Positions 61,642 through 64,000 of a stretch of 64,000 nt of DNA are shown here, piece by piece. Each line of letters begins with the position of its first letter. Positions within the stretch are counted from its first letter, which is position 1. Both the position numbers and the translations under genes were made by a program. The DNA comes from Pristiophorus japonicus (taxonomy: Eukaryota). The DNA lies in contig NC_091999.1 in assembly GCF_044704955.1 (NCBI RefSeq), forward strand, positions 5,456,001 through 5,520,000. The letters run 5' to 3'. The notes under the pieces were generated by a model. It had not been told where the DNA came from. It made no database searches and worked only from the letters and a program-made list of their open reading frames with translations.

Positions 61642-64000
61642 TATCTCTCGATTTGTCTCTATATTTCTCACACCATCTATCTCTCCATCTATTTCTCTAT
61701 CTCTCCACTTAGATCTCTCGCGATCTATCTATATATATTTATTTATATATATTACAGGGTTAGGATTTGCTGGACAGATGCTGCGGCTGACTGCTGCTAC
61801 TGGCCGGATGTCTGAGACATTGGATATATTTCGTTTTCTGAGAGATGGAAACAGTTCACGTGGTTACACAACTAAAAATAGGAAATTAATTCCAGTACTG
61901 TTGCTGGGTAGATTTGTATATAAATAGGCCTCTTTGACCCTATGAAGGGCTTGAAGTTGGATTTCAGTCAAGCAGTCATTTTTGAGGATACACATCTTAG
62001 ATTCCCTGAACAGAACCCCCAGATGCTTCCTGTCAGTTGACCATGTGAAGGGTTTAATTTGGCTTTCATCCAATTGGTTAGTGATGAGGAAACACATCTT
62101 TGATTCACTGCACAGAACCCCCAGCTGCTTCCTGTAAATGACATATGGTATTCGAGTCTCCTTGACGGCAATTGGCTGGCTTGCTGCCGAATAATATTTG
62201 GCATGAATATTAACTTGGAACAAGGTAGGATTTAACTATGTGAACATTAAGCTATTTCGCTGCGCTCTTACAATAAAGAAGCATTTTGCATGGTCAACAT
62301 AGAAAGAAGGATTTCAGGCAAATTCCATACTCACAATATAATAAAATAGCATCACACAAAAACGTATCCATATGTTATTTAATTAGAATTATTTCCAAAT
62401 AAAGATAATTCTAGATAATTCAGCACGTTGGTTCAGTACTGCACGAAGTGTTCGAGAGAAACTTTACTGACCCCACACCCACGTTGTAATGAGATGAATG
62501 GGATTCGCAAAGTAAATACAAAATAGGTGGAATTGACTCCAACCCCTGCACTTCCTTGAATATTCTCATAGAGTTCAGTGTCTCATTTAAACTAAGGTCT
62601 CACTTACTACTGATTAGCAGCCACGCACTCTGCAGTTCAATTTGTTACTGATTTGGATCTCTGATGAATCCCTCTCATAGCCTGGCTACGAATGGGCCGA
62701 GACACGTCCAGTTTGCGATCTGTGTCAGCGTCAGATGAAGCATTTATTCTTGCGATATTCGGTAACATACCGCTAAATCCTGATACACTGCGTTCCTGAT
62801 ACTTTTGCACAGTCGTTAGTTTTAAATTAGCTGTAAGGATTTGGACGCCGCGGTTTGCTGATCGCATTATCCGGTCTAATTCACGATCATCTCTTTATAC
62901 AAAGAAAACTGATCTGAAGCGGGCGGGACGCACATGCTTATGTTTCTCTGTCAATTCACACCTTAATTATCAGGCAAGCAGAATTATTTTGCAGCAAATT
63001 TCAAACGGCTGTCTTCACGTCACAGATTTGGGGGTAGTTAGTGAAATTCCATAATATATATTTGGGTAATGTGAAGGGTTTCTCCTCATCTCCGGACCCA
63101 AATCGTGTAGTTATAGCCATCCGCATTGTGAGTCGAATCACATTAACCAGCTCCCGCATTCAGATACATAGTTCTAATGTAATTAATGAGACAGGGTGTA
63201 TTTTATTTGTACCGAGTGATGGGATAGAGAGGGGGAGATTGAGTAACACATACTGGCAAGCTCCTTAGACCCTGATAATGTAATTTCATCCTAGCGATTT
63301 ACATTTCATGTGAAGTAGTGTGGAAATAAAGGGATTTCATTGACATTCCAGATGTGAATCCATTCTGTTGTTGATGTGGAAGGTGTGACGCGGATGCAGT
63401 AACCACCTCTATCAGGGAATCAATAGGTGGCGCTGATACCCTCGTCACATTCTACCGTGTATTTAAATGCCTGAACTGCTTTCGAATGTATTGTGCAAAT
63501 TGTTATATGAATAAAGTGTATTTTGAAAAAAACAAAGTATTTAAATGCCAGTCACTGGGACTGCAATACTGAGTGAGTTCTTGTCAGAACCATTTACCAC
63601 ACATTGCCAGGAGAATGAGGTGGGCAATTTCTCTCAGTCTGCTGCTGGATTGATTATCCCGTGAGTAGTTTTTATTGTCCAAGTCGCTCACTGTTAACTT
63701 TTCAGTGTTAGTCTCTCTCTAAAATGTTGCAGAGTCAGGAATCATTTCTCCAGGAATAACACTCGTGGTTTTTGATTTTTTTATATAGGTGTCCAGTCGG
63801 ATGTCGTGTTGACTCAGCCACATGTAAAGATCAGGAGGCTCCCTGAGATTGACTGGAAAACCAGTGGTTTCAATCTTGGCAGCTATCGGATGTATTGGCT
63901 ACGACAAGTTCCCGGACAGGGGCTGGAGTGTCTGGCTCATTACTTTATTTCATCAAGCAATTACTACGCCCCAGGAATCGAGAGCCGATTTGCTGCAACC

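Noticed and set aside
61193-61927. ORFs of 100-244 aa
   Set aside because: They are open only because they span the N gap.

Overview
Repeat-dense vertebrate DNA, most likely a cartilaginous fish (inferred from the CR1 LINE and SINE content, the two-exon GPR139-like receptor and a shark-type TCR V). Most of the window is nested CR1 LINE fragments, Harbinger-type remnants, SINEs and a ~9 kb satellite with a 46-bp unit (26.0-35.0 kb). Three genes can be read. (1) An intact two-exon GPR139-like GPCR (+, 18274-20153). (2) A TCR alpha/delta-type V segment with an RSS but an in-frame stop (+, ~44136-44620). (3) The main finding: an apparently intact, non-rearranging TCR alpha/delta-like gene on the minus strand (57664-50434). 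Its exons are leader, a pre-joined VJ with no RSS, a TCR-delta-like C1 domain, a Cys-containing connecting peptide and a transmembrane exon with the Arg/Lys pair that TCR alpha/delta chains use to bind CD3. It is a candidate invariant or surrogate (pre-TCR-like) chain. A second notable element is a U2 snRNA-derived, poly(A)-tailed retroposon with a target-site duplication (59153-59504, -). Exon models were read by eye and need RNA-seq confirmation; no database search was run.
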